A DNA stretch of 64,000 bases, taken from positions 992,001-1,056,000 of the forward strand of contig CM022669.1 in assembly GCA_012295275.1 (NCBI GenBank), in the 5' to 3' direction. Below the pieces are notes generated by a model that saw nothing but the letters and a program-made list of their open reading frames with translations, had not been told where the DNA came from and did not search any database. Within the stretch, counting starts at the first letter, position 1, and every line of letters starts with the position of its first letter. Both the position numbers and the translations under genes were made by a program. Of the stretch, positions 41,777 through 53,999 are shown piece after piece. The stretch comes from Chrysomallon squamiferum (Eukaryota > Animalia > Mollusca).

Positions 41777-41924
41777 TCTGGTTTCACCTGTCAGGGGATG
41801 AGACCACAGTTCAGTATTTATTGATTGTTACCTTACTCTGAATTCAGTTTTCTGTCACATACTAATAATTAATAATTAATTAACAAACTGTAGCTGTCTT
41901 AATTAGCAAGGAGACAATCACGAC

Positions 41925-42720
41925 ATGTTTTCTGCACTCACTTCCACACACAGTGTGTTTATTTATTTCTTAATTCTACTTGAAAAACTGTTTTCTGTAG
42001 ACACTTCCACACATAGTGTTATTATTTATTTCTTAATTCTACTTGAAAAACTGTTTTCTGTAGACACTTCCATACAGTGTGTTTATTTATTTCTTAATTC
42101 TACTTGAAAAACTGTTTTCTGTAGACACTTCCATACAGTGTGTTTATTTATTTCTTAATTCTACTTGAAAAACTGTTTTCTGTAGACACTTCCATACAGT
42201 GTTTGTATTTATTTCTTAATTCTACTTGAAAAACTGTTATCTGTAGACACTTCCATACAGTGTTTTTATTTATTTCTTTATTCTACTTGAAAAACTGTTT
42301 TCTGTAGACACTTCCATACAGTGTGTTTATTTATTTCGTAATTCTACTTGAAAAACTGTTTTCTGTAGACACTTCCATACAGTGTGTTTATTTATTTCGT
42401 AATTCTACTTGAAAAACTGTTATCTGTAGACACTTCCATACAGTGTGTTTATTTATTTCTTAATTCTACTTGAAAAACTGTTATCTGTAGACACTTCCAT
42501 ACAGTGTTTTTATTTATTTCTTTATTCTACTTAAAAAACTGTTTTCTGTAGACTCTTTCATCATTTTCTGATTCTATTCATATCTAAGACATATTTTATC
42601 ATTTTCTGGTTTGATGTTTTTATTTATTTCTTATAATTCTACTTAAAAAAAAAAAAAAAAAACTGTTTTCTGCATGCACTTCCACAGACAATGCACTTTT
42701 TATTTATTTCTTAATTCTTT
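41925..42720. repeat. 61-bp minisatellite (actgttttctgtagacacttccatacagtgtgtttatttatttcttaattctacttgaaaa), ~10 copies plus degenerate tail
   Basis: Period of 61 measured between 42111 and 42172. Confidence 0.95.
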
Positions 42721-43495
42721 TTAAATACAAAATATTTCATAAAAAAAGAAAAAAGTAGAGTTATACAATGTGTTTATTACAATAATATTTTTGTTTATTA
42801 ATACTGGTTGTTATTGTTGTTATATTTTTGCTAGACATGTTATGATTATTATTGTTACTGTTGGTTATTTTATTTTTTTTAATTTTTTTTTCATACAGTA
42901 ATGACATAAGTTGGTGGAGCACCAGACCTGTTTTTTGATATATGGCATATCACTATTGTTTATATGTTTTATTAAATAATTAATCCAGTGAGATAAACTG
43001 CCCTTAGTTTTATAAAACATCATAATACATTTTAGTGAAAAGTTTCTTTTTTGTTGACATTATATACATAATGTGGGATACTAAAAAAAATGTAAAACTA
43101 TTTTAATTAATAATGAAATTAAAATTAGAATTAAAAAGAAACCAAGTAGAGCTATTGAAATGAATGTTGAGTAATTTTTAAATTCCAAATTAGATATAAA
43201 AAATAAAAATCATCATTTTAAGAATTTTTCCAATAACTAATTATATGGTATTTCTGACATTAATTCTACAAAAGTAAACCTGTAGGATATTCTTCTAGTC
43301 ACAAGTGCAGGATATATGTGCCAATGTTGGATGTGTTTTTAGTGTGATAAAACATAGTACACTTCTATTACAACACAGTACTGAAATTTATCAACATTGT
43401 AATTTTGTTTTTCATACTGTCTTTTAAAATTGTGTTCATCAAATATCAGCATATTTCTAGTTTAGTTTTGGTGTTTTATTATTTTATTTGAATAC

Positions 43496-43497
<2 letters not shown>

Positions 43498-43581
<84 letters not shown>
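43498..43581. repeat. Perfect (GA)n microsatellite
   Basis: Directly visible. Confidence 0.97.
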
Positions 43582-43583
<2 letters not shown>

Positions 43584-44089
43584 AAGTTATAGGCAATTAT
43601 TGGAACACAGCAACACTTCTATACAAACTGAGTTAGTCAAAAACTTGCACTAAAATACAAATAATGACCTGCAGTTGAAAGTGTGATTAATTATTACTTG
43701 AATGTTGAGAAACAGCTTCAAAATACACTTACTTTTACCTCCATGAATTTTTTGTTACCTGTGTTTACAGTTATTTTTATTTATTAACACTGCAGTCGTC
43801 TGAATCAGTTCAAAATTTTAATATACTTGTATGAATGTGTAGAGCGCGCGCGCACGCAATCACGCACGCACGCAGTGACACACACATACAAATATTTACT
43901 GTAAAATAACTGAAGAGCTGATCCATGCTGATTTCTTCTACCACAGCTGAAAACAGAAAATGATAAATTATTTCTTAGATTTGAATATAATCAGTAAATG
44001 AATGAAAGCTTGTTGTTAATTGGATGTATAAATTTAAGATGCACAGATGAATGATATTTAAATAAATGAAAACATTAAATGACAGATAT

Positions 44090-44513
44090 TTGGATACGTA
44101 CGAACATATGTGTAAATTTCTAATCATTCTTAATTACATATATAAGTATACTAATTTTAAAGAATTGACTTTAAAATCGTGGAAATTTATATATTTTACA
44201 TGAGTTTTTACAACATAATATGAGTCGTTAACTGCGTTCAAAAACATAAAATAAACTGGATAAACATTCAGTTTTGAAAAATGAAAATGAAAGCCGCTTG
44301 TCTATTTGCTACAACAGCAAATTACTATTTACGACATAGGCCGATCTTTACAAGTTTATGTTATTTTAAAACGATTATAGTTGCTGATAAATTATTGGAC
44401 AAAGATTCATTAAATACTTCAACATAAAGTTTAAAACTCATATTTCTGATTTCTAGAGAATATACGACATCTGAATCACGTGACCAAACAAATCGTAAGT
44501 GAAAATGGAGGCG
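44090..44513 (+). promoter_or_regulatory. CNTLN: CNTLN promoter and probable first exon (ends ATG GAG GCG|gtgagt)
   Basis: Local CpG retention in an otherwise CpG-poor region. Palindromic E-box ATCACGTGAC at 44475-44484, YY1-like AAAATGGAGG overlapping ATG 44505, and consensus donor GTGAGT at 44514. Confidence 0.65.
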
Positions 44514-45199
44514 GTGAGTTTTGGAAATATTATGACACTTTTTTGAATTGATCGATTATACTTTGTCAGATGTAAAAAATAATTGTTTTACTGAAAGTAG
44601 TTTAAACATGAACAATATCTAAATTGCTGCACATCATTATTTATCTGGATTTAAATGCATATCATTGTGACAACAAAATTGTTAAAAAAATTAAACATGC
44701 CTCATCTTGTTTTCTGTTCTCGGTTCTGTGAATCTTGTACCAGTTGTTGACATATATAACGAAGTATTTTATCATTTATTATTTATAAATATATTCACTT
44801 CTCGTGAAATAAGCTATTTTAACTTTAATTACATATAAATTGCCAGTAACGGATGATAAAGAAACAGACAATTTTATAATATTTAATTTTCTTACATTTG
44901 TCAACGAAGCTAAGAAAAATGACATAAGTTGATATTTATAATTCAGTTTAGTATTATTATTTAGCTTATTCATTAAAAGATTAAAATAATTATCATTAAT
45001 GTTTTGTATTAGTATTTTCTTATTAAGAACTAAGTGGATAAACTCATTTTATGTTTTGAATTAGTAACAAAGATGACTGCAGTGTCCAGTTTGTTTTTAT
45101 TCATAACTTGTAAAATCATCACTGTTAATTTTGCTTCAGACCAAACATGGATAGACGAGTGAGTATTTCAGAGATTTGTTTCACTGAAAGAAAGTAAAT

Positions 45200-45248
45200 A
45201 TGGCCTCTTTGCTCACCTCCTCATCATTTGACCTCAGCAGCCGGAAAG
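45200..45248 (+). CDS. CNTLN: Centlein probable first coding segment MASLLTSSSFDLSSRK(E); the exon likely starts at 45140
   Basis: Acceptor ttttgcttcAG at 45138-45139, in-frame stop at 45185 before ATG 45200, and donor AAG|GTTAGC at 45249 in phase 1, matching the next exon. Confidence 0.6.
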
Positions 45249-46107
45249 GTTAGCAAATTTATTATCACTCTTTTTTACAGTTTCATTATTATAGTTGCAA
45301 AGCTGTAATGACACTGGCAGCAGCCTAACAGATTTCCAGATTTACTATCACTGTGTGTTTACATTTTCATTATTCATGTTAGAGTGTTGTAATGGAAGTC
45401 TTCCTGACATAAAATAGTTGAAACTAGTTTCTTTAATTTTTCTTTTTAAAAAACCTGATTTATTTACCTTTGTTCTTTTTACTGTAATTCAGATATTCTT
45501 AAAACTATTTTCATTAGAAGTTTCTTTTGGTTATTCATAAATATCTATATATATATATTTATGAATGTATGTATGCAAAATATTTTGATGGTGTAAAATT
45601 TACTGGTCTACCTGAAACCACAAAATAAAGTATATTAGTATTGTTTGTAAGAAGAAGAAAATCATCTTTGTTTTCATGTTTAACTTTCTTTAACATTTTG
45701 TTTTATAAGAACTTGGCTTATTGCTTTGTTAACTTTTGTCCATATGATTGAATTTTTTTTGTCAACAGATTTTATCTTGTGTCTGTAATTTATGGGTTTT
45801 AATCTACCTTGCATTATAATGAGGGGGGGGCTTTTGTCTGTCTGTTTATTTTGGGATTAGGGGTGCTTATGTCCTTATTTCAACTTCGGAGCTGATCTAC
45901 AAAAACTAATTATTTCTTATTAACTAACTGCTTTCAGTAACAAACAGATTTGTTTTATACTGTTACTAACCAGATACTTATAAATGTATGTAGTTAAATC
46001 AATTGTAATTTATTTGTATGTTGAAGTATTCTGGTATGTTAAAACAGTATTTTGATCGTGTGTAAGATACATGTAGATTTAATGAAATGTAAATTTGTTT
46101 TGTTCAG

Positions 46108-46172
46108 AAGTTGATATCAGTCATCTGCAGGCTCAGAACAAGGCTCTGCAATCTGAGCTGACTCAGTGTCAG
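46108..46172 (+). CDS. CNTLN: Centlein exon (E)VDISHLQAQNKALQSELTQCQ
   Basis: ttgttcAG ... CAG|GTGAGT. Ends in CQ, which precedes the conserved ADKEFVWSLW motif. Confidence 0.88.
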
Positions 46173-46604
46173 GTGAGTCTTTTACACCTGTCATTTTGTA
46201 CTCATGTCAGTTCTAAAAATTTAAAAAAAAAAAAATAATAATAAAACAGTTAAAACAAAAATTTAAAAATCAGAAATCAGTCTTTAAAAATTCAGAATAA
46301 CATAAGACATGACAAAAGTGTTTTGTAATATTCATAAAACATAAGCAAAAAAATAAACTGTGCTTAACAAAATAGAGACAGTGAAAAAAAAGGCTGTATC
46401 TAAATGACATTCAAATTTCATGTCTAAACACTTAGTTTATTTTTCAGAATTTGCTGCAGTTTAGTTTGAAAAAACAAAAACCCTGACTATACATAAATTA
46501 TTCTTTGAAGCATAAATTATTTCTTTTGTACATAATTTGAAAAGTTTTTTTTTTTTTTGTTCTTTATAATTTGTTATTCTGATTACCAATTTCACTTTTT
46601 GCAG

Positions 46605-46693
46605 GCAGACAAGGAATTTGTCTGGTCTCTATGGAAACGGTTACAAGTGTCTAACCCAGATGTTACTGAGGCCATCTCTCTGGTCATCCAAAG
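46605..46693 (+). CDS. CNTLN: Centlein exon ADKEFVWSLWKRLQVSNPDVTEAISLVIQ(R)
   Basis: tttttgcAG ... AG|GTAAC. Near-identical to the centlein signature CQADKEFVWSLWKRLQV.NPD as I recall it from human CNTLN. Confidence 0.95.
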
Positions 46694-46705
46694 GTAACCA
46701 CATTT

Positions 46706-46706
<1 letters not shown>

Positions 46707-46784
<78 letters not shown>
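46707..46784. repeat. (AC)n microsatellite just after a CNTLN donor
   Basis: Directly visible. Confidence 0.97.
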
Positions 46785-46787
<3 letters not shown>

Positions 46788-47457
46788 GACAGAAGTTTCT
46801 TTTTTGACATAAGCAATAAGAAACAATCTGTTGGTTTTTTAAACGTACACATGACTTGTATAATGCACATATACATATTGTTTTAATTAAGAACTCCTAG
46901 ACCTGTTTGTGTCACTAGCACTTACGGCTCTAGTACTCAGGTAGATTGTAACTCCACATTTTTCAGTTAAGAGTGTTTAAATGAAGGCAAAAAAAAAAAA
47001 AAAAACAGTGTCCATGTTACTTGAAGTAATCCTATACTCAAAAACTGTTTGAATGCCATGATGTACATATGCACATACACTTTATTTCTTACTAAATGTT
47101 TGAAGCTGTTTTATAAAGCGAGTCTGGAATTGTAGAAATTTGCAACTGGTGTTCATTGTTTTATTTAATGCTATTGACAAATCGCATGTAAAATAAATTA
47201 TAAACAGTAGTAATAATTCAGGTAATGTTTAATATTAATGTTGGCAGATGAGTACAAAGTGGCCAACTAATAAAAATGTACAGTTCAAGATTAAACACTT
47301 TAATATATGTAAAAGGCTGACTGCCCAAAGTATGTTAATAGCTGGATAATTGATATTCAGCGATTGGAATATCACCTGCTTAACCACATTTGTGTGTGTA
47401 TATATCGTAAGAGAGGAAAAGCATGTTTGTGTGTATGTAAATTGTTGTTGCTGTCAG

Positions 47458-47586
47458 GGAGAAGGAGAAGGCTGAAGCAAAGGATCTCAAAGTGTTGGAG
47501 ATTTTGCAGATCAAAGATGACAGGATTGAAGAACTTCAGAACATTGTGTCCAAGCAGACACAGGAAATTGGTGACCTGCTTTCAAA
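47458..47586 (+). CDS. CNTLN: Centlein exon (R)EKEKAEAKDLKVLEILQIKDDRIEELQNIVSKQTQEIGDLLS(K)
   Basis: ctgtcAG ... AA|GTAAG, phase 2 to phase 2. Matches centlein EREK.K.EAKD.KVLEILQ.KD. Confidence 0.95.
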
Positions 47587-47884
47587 GTAAGAACTTCTTA
47601 AATTTATCTTCATTTATTGCTGTTAGACTTACTTTGAAAACAAAATACAATGGTAGTTAAATTTGCATATTGAAACAAATGTATTTAATTTTAAAATTAT
47701 AAAATTCAATTATTTATATACTGTTTATTTTTTCATCATCTTTTAGTTTTTCTATCTTTAATCCACTCATCTTTATTATTTTTCTCTTCTGACATTAAGT
47801 GATCATTTTGTACTGCAGTCTGTTTGTCCAGTCTGTCATACGTCTGTGTAGAAGAAATTACAGTGTGTGTGTTTTGTTTAACAG

Positions 47885-47969
47885 GAAGGTTGATTTACAA
47901 GATCAGTGTGGCAGGTTGCAGCTGGAGGTAGAAACAATTCGAGAACAACTCTCCACATCCCAGCTACAG
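47885..47969 (+). CDS. CNTLN: Centlein exon (K)KVDLQDQCGRLQLEVETIREQLSTSQLQ
   Basis: tttaacAG ... CAG|GTAACT, phase 2 to phase 0, coiled-coil composition. Confidence 0.88.
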
Positions 47970-50887
47970 GTAACTTTCTTTTCTCTGTCCTACACGTGAG
48001 AAGGCAATTTTGATATTAATGGAAATGTCACAGAATTTCCAAATCTGATTTTCAGTTTAGCATATAATTTCAAATACGGTTTTAAGAAAATGATGTTGAA
48101 ATGTATGGATATTTTTTTTTTTCTTATAATACAATGTTATATATATATTTTTCTTCACTCTTCTGGCAAAGTTTGTATTAGAAAAATAACTGATAAAATA
48201 TTTAAACTATAAATAAAAAGTTGCAGCCAGAGTGAGGCTATCACAGACTGTACAGTGGAGTTGATGTCAGTGAACTATTACTAGTAATTACTAAATTTAT
48301 TAGTTTAGTTCTAAATGAAGTGTGGTGTTTAACTAATCACATTTAACATCAATGTATATCAGGGTCACCTTCCAGTGACAACTGAAGACTTAACAACCCT
48401 TTACTGTGTCTACCTTGACAAATCTACTTGAAGAATTTCATGTTAATAAAGCACATTTCAAATGTCTGAGAAAAACAGTAAAATTATAACTGAAATTGTT
48501 TTTGACTAAATCGGTAAATACAACAATCATCAACAGTTTTAATGCAATATTCATCATACTACTGAATCTACTACATAACTGTATGTTTCGAAAAAACAGT
48601 ATAGTAGTAACTGGATATTTATTTAAGTGTACATGATTGTGATTTGGCTATTTTTACAGTATGTACATTGTTTGGTTTGGTGTTGAGAGAGAGGCAAGAA
48701 AGTAACTTTCTCCTGAATACAAGTTAATAGATTAGTTTATATACCTAATAATATACTCTCTCTCTCGTCTGTTTAAGACAAATGTATTTGATTTGTTTTT
48801 CTAAACACTGCTTGAACTCATGGTTCAGAGTGTATTAAAAATATAAATATATAAATATTTGATAATTATGACCTGCAGCAAATTTTCTTTTTCTATTCTA
48901 AAATTTTATTCAATTGTATTTATATTTTTTCTGTGTTACATTTTCTTTATAGATTTCACAGATTCTGTTATTATTATATAAATATATCTTTTATTTATTT
49001 ATTTATTTATTTTTATTTATTATATATAGTTGTCTGGTGAGGATTTTTAAATAATTTATTTAAAATCGTGAAGGCTGACTTGATGAAACCTTGTTAATTT
49101 TTATATCAGTTTACATCATCTGTTGTCATACAGCATTGACCATGTATGATCATATTTCTGGTGGTAGATGTTTATTTGCTTTATTTTGTATTGTTTACAA
49201 AGAAAAAAAAAAAAAAACACAGAAAGGTCATTATAGAATGATACGAGTACTTTGTATTGAGTTGATGAATTTATCTGTGCTCAATTACTAGTAATGGTCA
49301 TTCATACTGTTGTTTAACAGACCTGCCTTGTTCGGTGTGACAGCACTCATTACAGTGTGTGTGAAACTAAAAACAACATTAATATGTTAATAATATTAAT
49401 GAAGTCGGTGATTGCTCCCAATCATCAGCCCCACTCGGGAATAACTTATTAATTAGCCATTCTGCAGGATCTGAGGAAAAAGCAATTGTGTCTTGGATCA
49501 TCCACGAAATTTGATTAGTGCAAAGACAATGTATTGTCACATGCTGTTGGTGATTACAGCTGCCCAAGTCACTGGCAATCAATTATTAATATCCTAGCTG
49601 CATTTGGAATTTCGTGTCAACCGCAGCGAGAAAGATTGGTGTCGGAATTTGTCGTTTGTCACGATATGGCTTACGAAGGCAAACTTGGCGAGATGTGTTT
49701 GTGTGAAATTAATTCATGTATTAGTTATTGGACTGCACTGTCAGAGCGTGCTTCCATCCCCCAGAGACGTTTGACAGCAACACGTAGAAAACAATCTCTT
49801 AAGTCTTCCAGTGTGTGTTACTACCTCTTCAAACAACAACACTGCTCCATCTGTCTCACATTGTCTCAAACTGACTGTAATGAAAGTTTTCAAACCTTCA
49901 CCTCAACTTCTTTCAATAATAATCCTCAAATGAATTGCACCACCCAAAATTATTTCCGTTTTTTTTTTCATAATCATACCTCTAATCTGGAAAATAAATG
50001 TTCACGATAAAACTTTATTCAGTATAGCTTGATATATTTATAGGTATTTGTAAAACTAATTTGAAAAGATACATTTTTTTCAAGAATCCTGTTTCACAGA
50101 TATTGAATCTCAGCTCATTAATGTTTCTCATATCTGTTGTAAATTCGGCTATTCTTTCCTTGTAGCTCAGATAATCAAATAGAAATGTAAAGTGTATAAT
50201 AAATGTTTTAATTCATTTGAAGGAAAACAAAAAAAGAAAAACAACCCAGAATAAGATTACTGATACTGTTGATTTTAATCAAAGAAATATTTTTAAAGTT
50301 ACTCTTTCTTGTCACTGAATTATTTCTGATAATAAATAATAATAATAATAATAAAACAAATTATATACACACACACTTACACTGGTCTATGAAAAGAGAC
50401 AAGAAGCAAGTCTATGTAGATACAGCAGTAAGTAGTAGAACATCTCAGTTTTGTCAAACACAGCTGTCTGTCAATCAACAGGAAGTCACTCCCACACATG
50501 TTCTCTTATCTTGTCCTTATTGAGGTGCTCTTTAGGATCAGTTATTGTCAAAGTGAGGCCTTGAGTAGGAAACATTTTAATAATTAAAATATTAAAAAAA
50601 AAAAACCAACAACATTTATTTAATACTTAAGATATACTGTTACCTAGTGTAAAATGGATGTTCAGTGTACATTTTAGTAACACTCTGCTGAAGTAAAGAT
50701 GTTTTTAAATATCCACATTTATTCTGAATGAGAGCTGAAGCTAAAACAAAGTCCTGGTGATATATTCACTTTTATTTTAGTGTCACTATTCTGGACAAGT
50801 TAGTCTCTTATATAAGTAATAAGCAACTCTGTTGACCACCTCACTAGTCTGTGAGGTTAATGCTAACCAGCTCCCAATTAATTATTA

Positions 50888-51640
50888 GCCTATGAGTTTG
50901 TTCTAACCAGTGTATGAGTTGTTCTGATCAGCCTGTGTGTGTTCTAACCAGTATGTGAGTTGTTCTGATCAGTCTGTGAGTTTGTTTTGACTGGTATGTG
51001 TGTTTGTTCTAACTAGTATATGAGTTTGTTCTGACCAGTCTGTGAGTTTGTTCAGACCAGTCTGTGAGTTTGTTCTGACCAGTCTGGGAGTTTGTTCTGA
51101 CCAGTCTGGGAGTTTGTTCTGACCAGTCTGGGAGTTTGCTCTGACCAGTATGTGAGTTTGTTCTGACTGGTATGTGAGTTTGTTCTAACCAGTATGTGAG
51201 TTTGCTCTGACCAGTATGTGAGTTTGTTCTGACTGGTATGTGAGTTTGTTCTAACCAGTATATGAGTTTGTTCTGACCAGTCTGTGAGTTTGCTCTGACC
51301 AATGTGAGTTTGTTCTAACCACTATATGAGTTGTTCAGATCCGTGTGTGAGTTTGTTCTGACCAGTATGTGAGTTTGTTCTAACCAGTATGTGAGTTTGT
51401 TCTGACCAGTCTGTGAGTTTGTTCTGACCAGTATGTGAGTTTGTTCTAACCAGTATGTGAGTTTGTTCTGACCAGTATGTGAGTTTGTTCTTTGTTCCTG
51501 TATGTGAGTTTGTTCTTTAACCCAGTGTATTTGTTCTAAGTTTGTTCTAACCTGTATGTGAGTTTGTTCTAACCAGTATGTGAGTTTGTTCTGACCAGTA
51601 TGTGAGTTTGTTCTGAGCAGCCTGTGAATTTGTTCTATCA
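50888..51640. repeat. 22-bp minisatellite (gtatgtgagtttgttctgacca), ~34 copies
   Basis: Period of 22 measured between 51365 and 51387. Confidence 0.95.
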
Positions 51641-53968
51641 CTGATGGTTGAGTCGAGTGCTTGTTCTAATTAGATTTGTGCTTGATCCTGCTGGACTGAT
51701 TTGTCTTTGTAAACTTAAATCAATAACTCTTCATCTTGTACCCTGCCAGTTCGATTCCAGTTCACAAAAAAAAATGTCACTTTGTTCTTCTGATGATTAA
51801 TCCAGCTGACAAATTAATTTTATAAATCATTCAGAAAGTTATCCACTCATCCACACTGACAAACACTTACACAGCCTCTCCTTCCAGTCACACTTGTTCA
51901 TAACACAGTCTAAATACTGTAATGTGTATATAAGTGTGTGTGTGTTTGTATGTGTATGTGTTTCTGTATCTGTGTGATGGTATGTATGTATGTATATGTA
52001 TACTGTGTTAAAACATTTTGAGTTATTATTATGTTTGTTGATAACTTTATTAAATCAAGTGAATGACATTACCTTATTCGTTTTGTTTTTATTTCAAAGT
52101 AAGAAAAAAACTGCTTATATTAGATAAATTTCTCTTATTTGTGTCTTGTTCTATTTGTTTCATTGGTTTAAGTGGAAGTTATAAAATTATCAGTTTATTA
52201 TTATTATTATTTTTGTTTTTTTAAATCTTTTTCTTTTTCTAATGGGACCCTGTCTGTCTCCATGACTCATAACTGACGAGCAAGAAGTCAGACAGCAGAA
52301 GACATTTCTTTCACAAAGATAAAAATATCCAATAAAATGCAAAGAGGAGCACTGAAAAAACTGTAATTCATGTCTGCCTAAACGTTATCACTCCGTCATC
52401 TGTCCATCACAGAAATAACGAGACACGCTTCATTAGGCGTGTTGACAAAAATTGCAGAAAATCACCACAAACTGATGATTGCACACATGAGACACCCACC
52501 ATTGCTTTTTACCTAGTTTTACCAAGACTGCGTTTTTCTTTGACATTAATATCCTCTTGTCTTTGACGTTAATTTGCTAATTTACTCACGACCTCAGCAT
52601 CCCCGTGCATCCCGCGAGACGTTGTCTGATATCAGTCAACAGCGTTTATCATGAGTGTTGTTCGATGTTCCACAAAGTTAATCTTCCTCTGCGTCAAAGA
52701 TATTGGTCCCGATTTGCCAGGGCAAACTTTGCAAGAGCTGTTACGCTGCCCAAGAGCCCATGCATCTCAATATTTTTGTCAATTTATGATACATGTATTT
52801 GTGCACTTGTGTTTGGTAGATCCACATCCTGGCTGACATTTGAGAGTCAGAATGAAGAATGAGTTATCTCTGGAGATTCAGAAGAAATGACATTTTCTTG
52901 TGATTGTGTTTTGAGCAGAACGTGTGAAAAATGCGTCAGCTTTCTGTCCAGTCAAACTTCAATGGAACGTTACACTAATTGATCTGCACAGTCGTTCAGA
53001 TTTTTTCTTCTTTTGTTATTATTAACTTTTTTCTCTTCATTGATTTTTTTTTTATGGTGTTTACTGCTTGATGAAATGTTTCACTCTAATTGTAGTATTA
53101 CAGGCTGAAATATTTGTTTTTAACACATTAAAACAAGTTATAAAATCTGAACCTCTCTGTCATGATTTTCTTGGCTTTATTAAGCAGATATAATTTTCCA
53201 TTTCATTACTGTTTTTAGCTAATTACTGTTACTATTATTATTGTGTTGTTATTATTTATATTTTTATTTCTATTAATATTAATCAATGGTCTGTTTTGTT
53301 TGTGTTTTAATTAAATATTTTATAAGTTATAAACAATCAAAAACTATCTCCATGTTTCACTGAATGCTGTGACATCACTGACTCCAATTAACACAAACAT
53401 AATTTTTTAAAACAAACAACATTATAAAAATTCTGTTAAATTCATTATTTTTCAATGTTTCCAAATGGCCTCTTCTTGAAGCAGTGGATATTTGGGAATA
53501 TTACCAGCAGGAAATTAGTAATTTCCTCCCTCTCTGGGAGGCACCCTAGTCAGATTGCAGTGCTTAATATTCAAGTTGCAGAATTCCTGTGTTAGCTGTG
53601 ATCAGTGACTTGCACACAACTATTTCTTTTGTCAAGGACATCAATGCTTGGCACATTCATATTGAAATTGTTTTAAAACATCTTACTTTCTGTAGCAAGC
53701 AACAGCAGCAAGCATTTATGGTCTTCAACTAGTATTTCATGTTTGCATTAGTCATCTCTGGTTCAGTAATTTTAATAATGTTTTTATTTTAGAAATGATA
53801 ATTAAATAGTGTTGCAAACACTGTATTTATTATCGTATATTTTAAACTGTTGTGCTAAATAATTCAGATCCAGATAATTATACACTTATATTTCATCATC
53901 ATATTTGATGTTTTTATATCATTTAAGTAGTATGTCTGTCTGTCTCTCACTCTGTGTGCGTGTGTGCA

Positions 53969-53999
<31 letters not shown>

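Noticed and set aside
40279-42720. Regular arrays superficially like CRISPR
   Set aside because: Units are head-to-tail with no unique spacers, no cas genes are present, and the context is eukaryotic.
43276-43300. 13-nt identity (aaacctgtaggat) with the basonuclin exon end at 766-778
   Set aside because: Matches of this length are expected by chance in a 64-kb AT-rich self-comparison, and it does not extend.
49534-50010. 158-aa plus-strand ORF in the long CNTLN intron
   Set aside because: No recognisable domain, no fitting splice sites, and the flanking CNTLN exons already join in phase. Better explained by the GC-richer island.
51009-51641. Repetitive ORFs (VRTNSHTGQNKLTYWLEQTH)
   Set aside because: They are translations of the 22-bp minisatellite on the antisense strand of an intron.
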